DNA from: Candidatus Brocadiia bacterium | GTDB taxonomy: Bacteria; Planctomycetota; Brocadiia; SM23-32 | Length of the DNA: 64,000 bases | Reading direction: 5' to 3' | NCBI GenBank assembly: GCA_046538485.1 | Contig: JBKHIT010000017.1 | Coordinates: 1-64,000, forward strand | Shown: positions 50,680 through 60,619 of the stretch, piece by piece | Layout: the number at the start of each line of letters is the position of its first letter | Position numbering within the stretch: the stretch's first letter is position 1 | Translations under genes and position numbers: made by a program | The notes under the pieces: generated by a model | Database searches by the model: none | The model's input: only the letters and a program-made list of their open reading frames with translations | Told to the model about the DNA's origin: nothing

Positions 50680-51485
50680 TCCCATCTCTCCAGTATTTCC
50701 TGGTGCCGCTGGCAAAGACCCGCCTGCTCGCCGACCTGCGCACGGAGCAACTCCTCTTGCCAGTGCGCGTTGAACAGGCGGCACGATTCGTCATCGCAAA
50801 AAGGTTCACCGGTCGCATGGTAAAACAACGCCTGAAACAGATAGCCTTTCAACGCCTCATGTGCCCGCGGATCATTTTCGCTCAAGTACCGTTCGCGCAG
50901 CTCATCGGGGATATTGGAACCGCCGGAACCGACTGAAGTGGCGGTGTAGTATTCGCGCGGCCGGGCCGGCGCCTGTACCAGACCACTTGTAGAAATCAGA
51001 GATGGCACGCCGTAAAGCGAGACCCGCGCGTGGTACCGTCCGACTTTTGGGCGAGTCCCGAAAAGCTGATTGGTCAGCACAACGTGACAAATTGTGGGGA
51101 GGACCTCGTCGGCGTGGAGCAGTTGCGCGAAAGCCTCCAGCAGCATGTGGCCATCGTAGAGCAATCCAGAGGGTTTTTCCCCGCCGGCTGTGAGAAAGCG
51201 TTTCTCGTATTCCACCTCCCCGGGGATCGGATCATCCTCGTCGGCGGCCCGTTCAGGATCACGAACGCGGGCCTTCGCGATCCGCCGGGCCGTTTGCTCG
51301 CGCAGCTCCTCGCCAGCACGGGCCAAACATTCCGACAGAAAATCGTCGAAGACCTCAACATCCACGCTCGGGACCCGCCGGCGAAGAAATTCCGCGAGCG
51401 TTTCCACTTCTATTGAATCCGAACCCGTGCCATCATACAACCGCACGAATTTGGGCGGTGTGGCCCTGTAGGAAGAAGGGTCCAT
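50676..51485 (-). CDS. DUF6775-like putative metallopeptidase-fold protein
   Basis: YHARV, ISTSGLVQAPARPREYY, FCDDESCRLFNAHWQEEL...LCQRH. Family assignment from memory. Confidence 0.7.
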   Translation of the reverse strand: MDPSSYRATPPKFVRLYDGTGSDSIEVETLAEFLRRRVPSVDVEVFDDFLSECLARAGEELREQTARRIAKARVRDPERAADEDDPIPGEVEYEKRFLTAGGEKPSGLLYDGHMLLEAFAQLLHADEVLPTICHVVLTNQLFGTRPKVGRYHARVSLYGVPSLISTSGLVQAPARPREYYTATSVGSGGSNIPDELRERYLSENDPRAHEALKGYLFQALFYHATGEPFCDDESCRLFNAHWQEELLRAQVGEQAGLCQRHQEILERWE

Positions 51486-52279
51486 CAGCTTTTCTCCAAC
51501 ACATCCATGGCGACTTCAGCCGCTCTGCGCCCTGACAACAGCATAGCGCCGAACGTCGGGCCCATTCGCGGAAGGCCATAGACTGTGCTGACGGCCATCC
51601 CTGTCACGATGAGTCCCGGGTGAAGTTCCCCGGTATGCTCGACCACCAGATCTTCGGATTGATCGACCCACATTCCGCCGTATCCGGCGATATCAACGAC
51701 ACCTCTGTCGGAGAGTTTAGTAGCGACACAGGCGTCGTGACCGGTGGCGTCGATAACCACGCGGGATTCCAGTGCGACCGGGTCGACGCAGGTTATCTGG
51801 CGTGGTAGAGACTGAACCGGGGTCCAGTTGATAACCGCACCGGCCACTCGCCCTTCTTCCCGAAGAACGACGTCCTCGAAAACGGTCATATTGGAGATTT
51901 TGACGCCGGCATCACAGGCGGCGCCGATCAGTTTCGAGCACGCGTGGGGACCGTCCGCCACGTGCAATCCCTCCGTCTTTTCCTCGTGCGGCACACCCAG
52001 TTCGTCCAGAATCTGGTCGGCCGGGGTACGGACAGTGAGCTTATTCATCAGGTAACCCCCGAGCCAGAAGCCACCGCCGAGGTAATTATTTCGCTCGACA
52101 ATCAGGGTCTTAACGCCCGCCTGAGCGAGTGTTCGGCCGGCCATCAGACCCGAGGGGCCCGCTCCGATTATCAGGCAGTCGGTCTCGACGTACTCTTCAA
52201 GTTGAGACGAGAAAGCCCCGATAATTGCGCGGGTGACGTCTTTCTCGCCGGCTCGACTGAAAATGTGATTGTCTGACAT
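51485..52279 (-). CDS. thi4: Thi4 thiazole synthase, active-site-Cys type
   Basis: [43 protein letters not shown]. Confidence 0.93.
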   Translation of the reverse strand: MSDNHIFSRAGEKDVTRAIIGAFSSQLEEYVETDCLIIGAGPSGLMAGRTLAQAGVKTLIVERNNYLGGGFWLGGYLMNKLTVRTPADQILDELGVPHEEKTEGLHVADGPHACSKLIGAACDAGVKISNMTVFEDVVLREEGRVAGAVINWTPVQSLPRQITCVDPVALESRVVIDATGHDACVATKLSDRGVVDIAGYGGMWVDQSEDLVVEHTGELHPGLIVTGMAVSTVYGLPRMGPTFGAMLLSGRRAAEVAMDVLEKS

Positions 52280-52358
52280 TCGACAAAACTCCTTTCGAGC
52301 TGGTGCATCGTAAGTAAAGAGATTCGCTAATTTCGGATCCCGAGTCCTGGTAACTTAA

Positions 52359-53069
52359 TCAGATACCCGCTCCTTCCTCCAATGACCCGACCGGTTCCCG
52401 ATCGAAGAACTCCTCTCGAGTCCCGGTCGTTGCGGTTGCACGTTCGAACGATTCGAGCTGTTCGCGCAACTCCTTCTGTTCTGCGGCGAGCCTGTGGATA
52501 ATTCCGCTGAGCGGGTCGGGCAGGTCGGCGTGATGGAGCATATCCTCTGCGCTGGGTTTTTCATCCACCGTCCTGCCGGGGACTCCGACCACGGTTGCTC
52601 CGTCGGGGACGGACCTGATGACGACGGAGCCGGCTCCGATTCGGGCGTCGGAACCGACCTCGATCGGCCCGAGCAGTATTGCTCCGGCCCCCATTACAAC
52701 ATGATCGCCTATCGTGGCGTGTCGTTTCTTTTTCTGCAGAGACGTCCCGCCGAGCACAACACCTTGATACATCAGCACATCGTCGCCGATTTCGGCGGTC
52801 TCCCCGATCACCACACCCATACCGTGATCAATGAAGAAACGTCTCCCGATTTCGGCTCCGGGATGGATCTCGATTCCCGTGAGGAACCGTCCCACATGGG
52901 ACAGAATCCGACCGAAAAGTTTCAGATGGTGTTCCCAGAGCCAGTGGCCAATTCGGTGCAACCAGATCGCATGGAGTCCGGGGTAGCACAGGAGTACCTC
53001 AAGAATGCTGCGCGCCGCAGGATCGCGATCAAAGACAGTTTTAATGTCCTCTCTGATCCTCTTGAACAT
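52359..53069 (-). CDS. cysE: Serine O-acetyltransferase
   Basis: [43 protein letters not shown]. Confidence 0.96.
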   Translation of the reverse strand: MFKRIREDIKTVFDRDPAARSILEVLLCYPGLHAIWLHRIGHWLWEHHLKLFGRILSHVGRFLTGIEIHPGAEIGRRFFIDHGMGVVIGETAEIGDDVLMYQGVVLGGTSLQKKKRHATIGDHVVMGAGAILLGPIEVGSDARIGAGSVVIRSVPDGATVVGVPGRTVDEKPSAEDMLHHADLPDPLSGIIHRLAAEQKELREQLESFERATATTGTREEFFDREPVGSLEEGAGI

Positions 53070-53087
53070 CGATCTCTCCTCGTTGCC

Positions 53088-54011
53088 TCACTCGAAAAGC
53101 CATGTTGTCAAATAACGTTCGCCGGTGTCGCAGACAACGGTCACGATCTGTTTGCCTTCATATTCTTCCCGTTCGGCAAGTCGCAACGCTGCGCAGACAT
53201 TCGCTCCGCTGGAAATGCCACCCAGGATCCCTTCCTTCTCGGCGAGCAGGCGGGCCGTCCGTGCCGCATCGTCATCGGTCATTGTCATGACCTCGTCGAT
53301 AAGGTCCTTGCGAAGCACGTCGGGAATGAAACCAGCTCCGATACCCTGGATTTTGTGGGCCCCGGGGTCGCCCCCCGATATGACGGGGGAGGTTTCGGGC
53401 TCGACGGCGACGATCTGGACGTCGGGATTCCGGTCTTTCAGAACCTCCCCCACACCGGAGAGCGTCCCGCCGGTACCCACTCCAGCCACAAACGCATCGA
53501 CCTTTCCGTCGGTATCTTTCCAGATTTCTTCCGCGGTGGCCTCCCGGTGGATTTTCGGATTAGCAGGATTTTTGAACTGTTGGGGCATAAAAGCATCGGG
53601 GAGTTCATCGACCAATTGCTCGGCTTTTTCCACCGCCCCGGGCATCCCATCGTCGCCCGGTGTGAGGACCAGTTCGGCGCCCAGAATGCGCAGAAGCTGG
53701 CGGCGTTCCATACTCATACTATCCGGCATCGTCAATTTCAGCGTGTACCCCCTGGCTGCACAGATAAAGGCCAGGGCGATACCGGTGTTGCCGCTGGTCG
53801 GCTCTACGATAACCGTGTCCGGGGTAATCTCCCCGTTTTTCTCGGCCTCCCGAATCATACTCACCCCGATACGGTCTTTAACACTCGAAAGCGGGTTGAA
53901 GGACTCGACCTTAACAAGGACTCCGGCCTTAGCATCGGCTGTCAAACGGTTCAGGCGGATCAACGGGGTATTGCCAACTGTTTCTGTTATATCGTCGTAA
54001 ATGTGACCCAT
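53088..54011 (-). CDS. cysK: Cysteine synthase A
   Basis: [45 protein letters not shown]. Confidence 0.96.
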   Translation of the reverse strand: MGHIYDDITETVGNTPLIRLNRLTADAKAGVLVKVESFNPLSSVKDRIGVSMIREAEKNGEITPDTVIVEPTSGNTGIALAFICAARGYTLKLTMPDSMSMERRQLLRILGAELVLTPGDDGMPGAVEKAEQLVDELPDAFMPQQFKNPANPKIHREATAEEIWKDTDGKVDAFVAGVGTGGTLSGVGEVLKDRNPDVQIVAVEPETSPVISGGDPGAHKIQGIGAGFIPDVLRKDLIDEVMTMTDDDAARTARLLAEKEGILGGISSGANVCAALRLAEREEYEGKQIVTVVCDTGERYLTTWLFE

Positions 54012-54065
54012 TTTGTCTCGTCCTTTTCTGAAGAAGTTTTTCCTCGTCGTAGCAGTTTTTGTTGC

Positions 54066-54509
54066 CTATATCTGATAACTTTGCATGTCACTTTCGTGGT
54101 ATTCTTCGTCCCGCTCAAGCAGATCCTGCAGGGTGGTTCTTTCAAGAACCTCCATGATCGCCTCTTTGACCTCCGCCCAGGTCTTGCGAGTGGTACACTT
54201 TTCTTTCAACGGACACACCTCCGGTTCGTCGACGCATTCAACGGGAGCCGCCGAACCCTCCACCGCCTCAAACACTTCGCTCAGATGGCAGTCTCCGGGG
54301 GTTTGTGCCAGACAGTATCCGCCGTGAATACCGCGGACAGAACGAACGATACCGGCGGTCTTGAGCTGAGCCATGATGTGCTCGAGATATTTGGCGGATA
54401 TATCCTGACGCTCGGCAATCTCACGCACCGATAGATTGTCCTCGGGGTAGGCCCGCGCCAGTTCAACCAGCGCCCGCGTCCCATACCGCATTTTGGTTGA
54501 AAACTGCAT
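54066..54509 (-). CDS. Rrf2 family regulator (IscR/CymR-like, three Cys)
   Basis: STKMRYG.RAL, YLEHI, SVRGIHGGY.L, C-x6-C-x5-C. Confidence 0.92.
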   Translation of the reverse strand: MQFSTKMRYGTRALVELARAYPEDNLSVREIAERQDISAKYLEHIMAQLKTAGIVRSVRGIHGGYCLAQTPGDCHLSEVFEAVEGSAAPVECVDEPEVCPLKEKCTTRKTWAEVKEAIMEVLERTTLQDLLERDEEYHESDMQSYQI

Positions 54510-54548
54510 TCCATCCTCCTCTCCTATTATTCCTATTATACAACTATG

Positions 54549-54577
54549 ATTTTAGCAGCGATTGTTTAATTTGTCAA
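54549..54577 (-). promoter_or_regulatory. Sigma70-type promoter of the sulfur cluster
   Basis: TTGACA-17 bp-TAAAAT upstream of rrf2; RBS gaggagg. Confidence 0.75.
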
Positions 54578-54860
54578 ATAACACTCTTTTAGACATTATC
54601 AAAGAGGGTTTTTGGCCGACAAACGGGTAGCCTGCCGAAGTCATTTGCGTTGATTGTAACGATTAGTTGTGCAGCAGTGCGAATAGGGAAAAAATTTACC
54701 CCAAGAACGTGCTCTCAGCGGCTCTGGGGACTGTGTGGGACCGCAGCACGCCGATTTTTACCCCGGAACCCCCAAAATGAAAGTGTGCGGTATCCAACGT
54801 TTTCCCGAACGACACAGCGGTGAGTAAAACGCACCTCCGGCCCGTTTTAACACACCGCAA

Positions 54861-55591
54861 TCCACCGCGAGTCGCGGTGGACTACATTAAGGTTGCTGCA
54901 GTGTACTTAGTGAGCTCTGATGGCGAAACTGGTATTCCCGGAAATTGTATCCCCCACGGGGGGCGCCGCTGGCGCGCGGGACATCGCACGGTCCGGTGCC
55001 GCCGACATCCCGGGGTTGCGGGAAATGTCTCGTGCCGCAAGACGCAGCAGGTTTGTGGTGGGCCTTCAGCCCACTTTTTCTCAATGCACACCTGTACCCC
55101 AGGGCTCCGACGGCCTGCGGCCCCCGTCACCCCGGGCTATTATATACTGCCCTTTCAGGGCAATGAACGGCAGGGCGCGCTCGGCGATAACCCCTTGCAT
55201 CTGCGTGGCATCCCGGATACGTGGAGCCCCGGTGGGTTTCCCCGCTTTTCTCAAGCGGCGCCAGTGCTGCAGCTGCGCGGAAGCCAGGCGCAGGAGTATT
55301 TTCATACTTCAAGTGCAGGCTGACAAAGCAGATGCAGTGCTGGCGTCGCTCCCGGAGGGCGAACCGCTGTTTTTCGAATTACAGACTGTGTACTGAGATT
55401 AGATGCGAAATATAGTGCAAAGTCTTTTTGGATGCCGTTTATAATAATTATTTCTTTAGGTTCGTGAGAAATGCGGGTTCCGGGAGATCTGTCGGCTGAT
55501 AGTGCGCGTTCTGAACTCCAGCCTGCGGCTGAAGTCCAATCCGCTCGCGGCGATTGAGACTCGAGTTCAGCTGAGCCCGCCAGCGGCGGGC
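54861..55591. repeat. GC-rich REP-like hairpin cluster in a long intergenic region
   Basis: tccaccgcg-agt-cgcggtgga (54861-54881), gtgggc-cttca-gcccac (55058-55074), tgccct-ttc-agggca (55148-55162), gcccgcc-agc-ggcgggc (55575-55591). Confidence 0.5.
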
Positions 55592-56022
55592 GAAACTGGA
55601 CTTGAGGCGGACAAATGGAGGAAAGTTCGCCAACAAAAAAACTTCTCTCCTCGCAGCCAGGTCGCTGACCGGCAGGCATCTTACCTGTCAACGGTTCAGT
55701 TGCGAGGGACTCCGGCGTTCCCAGGATGGGGAACGGGATCCGGGGTGGCTCAATCCAGCATTCTGTTCCGAAGGAAAATTAAGGAATGTGCGCCCCGTCC
55801 GAGGGCAGAGTCAACCGGGATTTTTGGGGAATGTTCGGCTGTCGGGCAGCGAAAAGACCTACAGCGCAAATTCCTTGCCGGGCATTGCATATGGTGTAGA
55901 AACCGATTATTCTAACGTTACAGGGTATACAGAGAGTCAGAATTTTTTATCCTTCCGGGCGCGAAAATGGGGGGGGTTGTTTGCCCAAAAGATCGCCCCG
56001 GTTTTCACAAAGGAAAAATACG

Positions 56023-57307
56023 ATGAAAACGGTATGTGAGGACCGAAGCAATGGTTCCATGGTATCAGATACAATCACAGGGTATCAGAAGATTTGGATC
56101 GATTCAGGACAAATTCTTCTTATCATCTTTGTGTGCGCATTCCTCGCAACTGCCGCTCAGGGCAAAGATGTCACCGAAAAAGTAGAGACCGTCGGGAAAC
56201 CGTTCAAAAAACCGGCATACGGACGAAATGTCTGGGACATGCGTCTGTTCAACAAACGTATTTATTTTGGTCATGGCAACAGCAGCAACAAAGGTCCGGC
56301 CCAAAACGTGGGTCCAATTCCCATAGTTGTCTACGATTTAGAAGACGAATCGTTCCGGAAAGTATTCACGGTCTCCGAGGAGCAAATCGATATTTTCCGG
56401 TTGATTGATGGAACACTTTACGTTCCAGGCCACGACCCGAAGGACTCCTGGAAACTGGGAAATTTTTACCGGCTCGAGAGAGATGGCTGGAAGAAATATC
56501 GGACCATCCCCGGTGGCATTCATTGTTACGATATGTATAAAAAACACAACGTGCTTTTTGCAGCCCTTGGTTCTAAAAAAAATGCCGTATACATGTCCGG
56601 GGACAACGGCGCCACGTGGAAAACATGTCCCCACGCTGGTTCGGGTCGACGCTACGTTTTTTTCGAAGTCAACAACACTTTATTTACCATGGCTCAGGTC
56701 ATTAAGGTCAAGGGCAGAAAGCGATTGGGGAGCGGTGTCACCGGCTTCAATCCCCGTACAGGGAGATGGAAGGTTAGAAAAAAGATCAATTTCGACAAAC
56801 TTTTCCCAAATGCACCGGATTATATCTTCCCAAGCGACAAAAACGTTGTTTCCGCACGTGTTGCCCGCCCTGTTCTGTTCCGAAACAAGACTCTCTATCT
56901 CGGGGTGAAAGCGGTGAACGACCACCAGTGGGACCCCTTCGGTTTCTACATCGCTACCGTCAGAGGAGGCAAAGGATACACGGTCCATTGGCCCCCGGGG
57001 GAAAGCGATCAAACCATGGGACATTTTGGTCAGGCGCGACGGCGTCTACGCCCTCTTCAGTGAAAAAGTTGGAGCGGGCACTTTCCGGCTATTGGTGGCA
57101 AAAAGCCGCAGAGGTTTCAGATGGCAGAGGCTTTTCATTTTGGAACAACCAACTTTTGCCCGCTCCTTTGAGGAAGCGGACGGCGATTTTTACCTGGGTC
57201 TCGGGACGGATGTGGGGCGTGAATACAATGAAGACTCCTACACCGACACCGTCCGCCCGGAATCCGGCACAATTCTCCGGGTTCCAAAATCAGCCTACTC
57301 AGACTGA
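56023..57307 (+). pseudogene. Exported beta-propeller-like hypothetical protein, frameshifted near 56950-57000
   Basis: Signal peptide, Asp-box SGDNGATW; continues in the +1 frame as KAIKPWDILVRR..FARSFEE..FYLGLG to a stop at 57307. Confidence 0.65.
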
Positions 57308-57316
57308 CACCCGAGC

Positions 57317-58972
57317 CTATTCCCCGAGGATCTGCTGAAGATCTTCTTCGGGTGTGGAGATGGGCATGATGTTGAATTTGTCCACGAGGACATCCAGAAC
57401 TGCCGGTTCCACGAACGCCGGGAGTGTCGGTCCGAGTCTCATATCCTCAATGCCCAGATGCAACAGCGTCAGCAGAATCGCCACGGCTTTCTGCTCATAC
57501 CAGGAAAGCACAAGCGAGAGAGGCAGCTCATTCACGCCGACATCAAAAGCATCCGAGAGAGCCAGAGCGATCTGAATCGCCGAATATGAGTCGTTGCACT
57601 GGCCGACATCGAGCAGACGCGGTATCCCGCCGATGTCGCCGAATTCAAGCTTGTTGAAACGGTATTTGCCGCAGGCCAGCGTGAGAATGACGCAGTCATC
57701 CGGCACGGACTGGGCCAGTTCGGTGTAGTAATTCCGACCCGGTTTCGCTCCGTCACAACCGCCGATCAAGAAAAAGTGTCGGATGTCACCATTTTTCACA
57801 GCATCCACGACCTGGTCAGCCACGTTCGTGACAGCGTTTCGGCCGAATCCAACCGTGATATTGTGCTCCTCCCCGTCATCTGTGAAACCGGGCTGAGCGA
57901 GGGCGGCTTCTACTACCGGGGAAAAATCGCTGTCGTCGATATGCCTCACCCCCGGCCATCCTGTCGGTCCCGATGTAAAGAGTCGGTCTTTATAGCTATC
58001 CTTCGGTTTCATCAGACAGTTGGTGGTCATCAGGATCGCGCCCGGAAACTCGTCGAATTCCTCCCGCTGACGTTGCCAGGCCCCTCCATAATTTCCGACG
58101 AGATGATCGTACTTGTTCAGTTCAGGGTAGCCGTGACAGGGCAACATCTCACCGTGTGTGTAGACGTTGATGCCAGAGCCCTCGGTCTGCTTGAGAATTT
58201 CGTCAAGATCTTTCAGGTCATGGCCGGACACAACTATAGCTTTCCCTTTCACGGGCGTAACTCGCACGGGGGTCGGCTCCGGATGTCCGTATGTCCCCGT
58301 ATTGGCGGCATCGAGCAGTTCCATCGCCCGCAGGTTGAGTTCGCCGGTCTCCAGCGATTTGGCGAGCAAATCTTTAAGATTATCAGGTTCGGAAGCCACA
58401 AAGCTTAAAAGTTTGTGGAACCCGCCGTAAAGGTCAGCGTCCTCCTCACCGAGAACCTTCGCATGATAGGTATAAGCGCCGGCCCCTTTGAGTCCGTAGA
58501 CTATCAGTTCCTGCAGTCCGGCGACGTCAGCTCCGTATTTATCGATCCGGTTCTCGATACTGACCCCTTCGCCCTGCTCTATGAGACCGTTCAGATCATC
58601 GGCCGGCCTCCAGTCTTCGATCCATGCGATGTCGTCATCAAGTTCGACTCCGGCGTCTTTGCACATTCCTGCAGCTACGTCCCGCACTTCAGCTGCCCGA
58701 TGAATAAAATCGGCGAAATCTTCAGCATCGAAATTTACGTTTGTGAGAGTCGTAAAAACGGCCCAGGGGACAAACGCGTCCACCTCCGGGTCACGCTTCC
58801 CGGCACTTTGCGCCCTATGCGCACAGGCCGATATGCCCTTGATCGCATGGATGAGGAGATCCTGCAGCGCTGCCACATCGGGGTCTTTACCGCATACGCC
58901 GTGCATCGTACAACCTTCGCCTTTCGCCGTCTGTTCACATTGATAGCAAAACATGGTCTCTTTTTGCTCCAT
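57317..58972 (-). CDS. hcp: Hybrid cluster protein (hydroxylamine/NO reductase)
   Basis: MFCYQCEQT..GC..GVCGK, SGHDL, YTHGEMLP, TTNC, GGCDG, GQCNDSY, SWYEQKA. Confidence 0.97.
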   Translation of the reverse strand: MEQKETMFCYQCEQTAKGEGCTMHGVCGKDPDVAALQDLLIHAIKGISACAHRAQSAGKRDPEVDAFVPWAVFTTLTNVNFDAEDFADFIHRAAEVRDVAAGMCKDAGVELDDDIAWIEDWRPADDLNGLIEQGEGVSIENRIDKYGADVAGLQELIVYGLKGAGAYTYHAKVLGEEDADLYGGFHKLLSFVASEPDNLKDLLAKSLETGELNLRAMELLDAANTGTYGHPEPTPVRVTPVKGKAIVVSGHDLKDLDEILKQTEGSGINVYTHGEMLPCHGYPELNKYDHLVGNYGGAWQRQREEFDEFPGAILMTTNCLMKPKDSYKDRLFTSGPTGWPGVRHIDDSDFSPVVEAALAQPGFTDDGEEHNITVGFGRNAVTNVADQVVDAVKNGDIRHFFLIGGCDGAKPGRNYYTELAQSVPDDCVILTLACGKYRFNKLEFGDIGGIPRLLDVGQCNDSYSAIQIALALSDAFDVGVNELPLSLVLSWYEQKAVAILLTLLHLGIEDMRLGPTLPAFVEPAVLDVLVDKFNIMPISTPEEDLQQILGE

Positions 58973-58993
58973 TAGAAAAATAGTAAATTGAAG

Positions 58994-59338
58994 TCAGTCG
59001 CCTCGCAGCATGATAAGCAGCATCTTGAACCGTTGTTCCGCCTGGAGAGAATGCGGCACATCGGCCGGCATAAGCACCAGTTCGCCTTCATCCGGCTCCA
59101 CGGTTTCGCCGCCGATTGTCAGCTGCCCTTGCCCATCAAGAATCAACACAAGGGCATCGAACGGGGCCGTATGTTCGCTCAGCCCCTGCCCGGAATCGAA
59201 CGCGAAAAGCGTCACCGTGCCCCCGCTGGTTTTGGCAAGTTCGCGGCTGACCGTGCTGCCGCTCTGGTACTCAACCATAGAGGCCAGATCGAGGGGCCGG
59301 GCCGGATCCAGCAATTGTTCGTCTCCTTCGTTGTCCAT
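58994..59338 (-). CDS. Cupin domain protein
   Basis: TLFAFDSGQGLSEHTAPFDA, MPADVPHSL. Confidence 0.9.
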   Translation of the reverse strand: MDNEGDEQLLDPARPLDLASMVEYQSGSTVSRELAKTSGGTVTLFAFDSGQGLSEHTAPFDALVLILDGQGQLTIGGETVEPDEGELVLMPADVPHSLQAEQRFKMLLIMLRGD

Positions 59339-59369
59339 CTTCCTTTCTCCTATCGTGAAATAAAACCTG

Positions 59370-60557
59370 TTAGCCGAAAGTCTCCGTTGCCAGTTTCCGT
59401 CCAAACGTGCGGCACTCGTCCAGGTCTTCTTCTTCCGGTTGCCACTGGCAGGCCAGTCCTTCGCTCGCGAGCGGGATCCGGGCTTCCTCCAGGCTCTCTT
59501 CGATACGTTTCACCGAACCTCCTCCCCATCCGTAGGAACCAAAAGCCGCGCCCTTCTTGTTCTTGAAGCCGAGCCCGCGTAAATCTTCGAGAATGGGAGT
59601 AATCGTCGGCAACACACCTTTGTTAATCGTGGATGACCCGATGGCAACAAGGCCCGAACGGAACACTTCAACCAGGGCATCGTTACGGTCAGCCAGTGCC
59701 AGGTCGATAAGTTTGTAATCGATCCCTTCTTCCGAAAAACCGTCGCCGATGCCCTCTGCCATCCGGCGGGTAGCTCCCCACATCGTATCGTAGAGGAGAA
59801 CCGCCCGTTCTTCGGGCTCCTGCTGAGCCCACTGCTGATACTTCTCGACGATCTGGAAGGGCTCGTCTCGCCAGATGACGCCGTGGCTTGGAGCGATTAC
59901 GTCGACCGGCACATCCATTTCAACCAGTTCCCGGATCTTGCGCTCGACCAGGTTTCCGAACGGGTTGAGGATATTGACGTAGTATTTGAGCGCTTCCTCA
60001 TACAGCTCCTTTTGATCGACTTCATCGTTGAACCGGTAGGCGGTGGCATAGTGCTGGCCAAAAGCATCGTTCGGCATCAACACGTTGCTGCCGGTCAGGT
60101 ACGTGAACATGCTGTCAGGCCAATGCAGCATCGGGGCCTCGATAAAGACAAGTTTATTCTCGCCGATATCGATGCTGTCTCCCGTCTCAACCGTCTCAAA
60201 GTTCCACTCCTCGTGGAAATGGCCCTTGATGTTATCAGGCGCACGTTTGGAACATACCAGCCGGGCATCCGGAGCCGCACGCATCACCTCCGGCAAACCA
60301 CCGCTGTGGTCTATTTCGGCATGATTGGCGACCACAATATCGATCTCTGAGGGAGCAACAAGCTCAGAAATATTCTCCATCAGCCGATCGGTGTGAGGCT
60401 CCCAAACGGTATCGACCAGCACCGTCTTCTCATCCTGAATCAGGTACGCGTTATAGGTGCTTCCCCGGTGCGTGGAGAGTTCGTGCCCGTGGAAGCTTCG
60501 CAGATCCCAATCGACAACACCGACCCAAAAAACCTTATCCTTCACCTGCGTAATCAT
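59370..60557 (-). CDS. fprA: Flavodiiron protein (FprA/A-type flavoprotein)
   Basis: GSTYNAYL, NHAEIDHSG, HWPDSM, DAFGQH, PSHG, AFGSYGWGG. Confidence 0.93.
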   Translation of the reverse strand: MITQVKDKVFWVGVVDWDLRSFHGHELSTHRGSTYNAYLIQDEKTVLVDTVWEPHTDRLMENISELVAPSEIDIVVANHAEIDHSGGLPEVMRAAPDARLVCSKRAPDNIKGHFHEEWNFETVETGDSIDIGENKLVFIEAPMLHWPDSMFTYLTGSNVLMPNDAFGQHYATAYRFNDEVDQKELYEEALKYYVNILNPFGNLVERKIRELVEMDVPVDVIAPSHGVIWRDEPFQIVEKYQQWAQQEPEERAVLLYDTMWGATRRMAEGIGDGFSEEGIDYKLIDLALADRNDALVEVFRSGLVAIGSSTINKGVLPTITPILEDLRGLGFKNKKGAAFGSYGWGGGSVKRIEESLEEARIPLASEGLACQWQPEEEDLDECRTFGRKLATETFG

Positions 60558-60619
60558 TGGATGCTCCTTACAAAGTGCTTTCACTCCAGAACGAGAACTG
60601 TCACTGAGACGTTTTCCAG

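Noticed and set aside
52280..52358. TPP riboswitch upstream of thi4, or SAM riboswitch before metY/metX
   Set aside because: The intergenic gaps are too short and lack the conserved cores by eye; an Infernal scan would be definitive.
52494..54434. 646-aa plus-strand ORF, and similar long ORFs such as 45236-46897 and 7707-8573
   Set aside because: Antisense shadows of well-supported genes (cysE/cysK/rrf2, metY/thiF), with no motifs.
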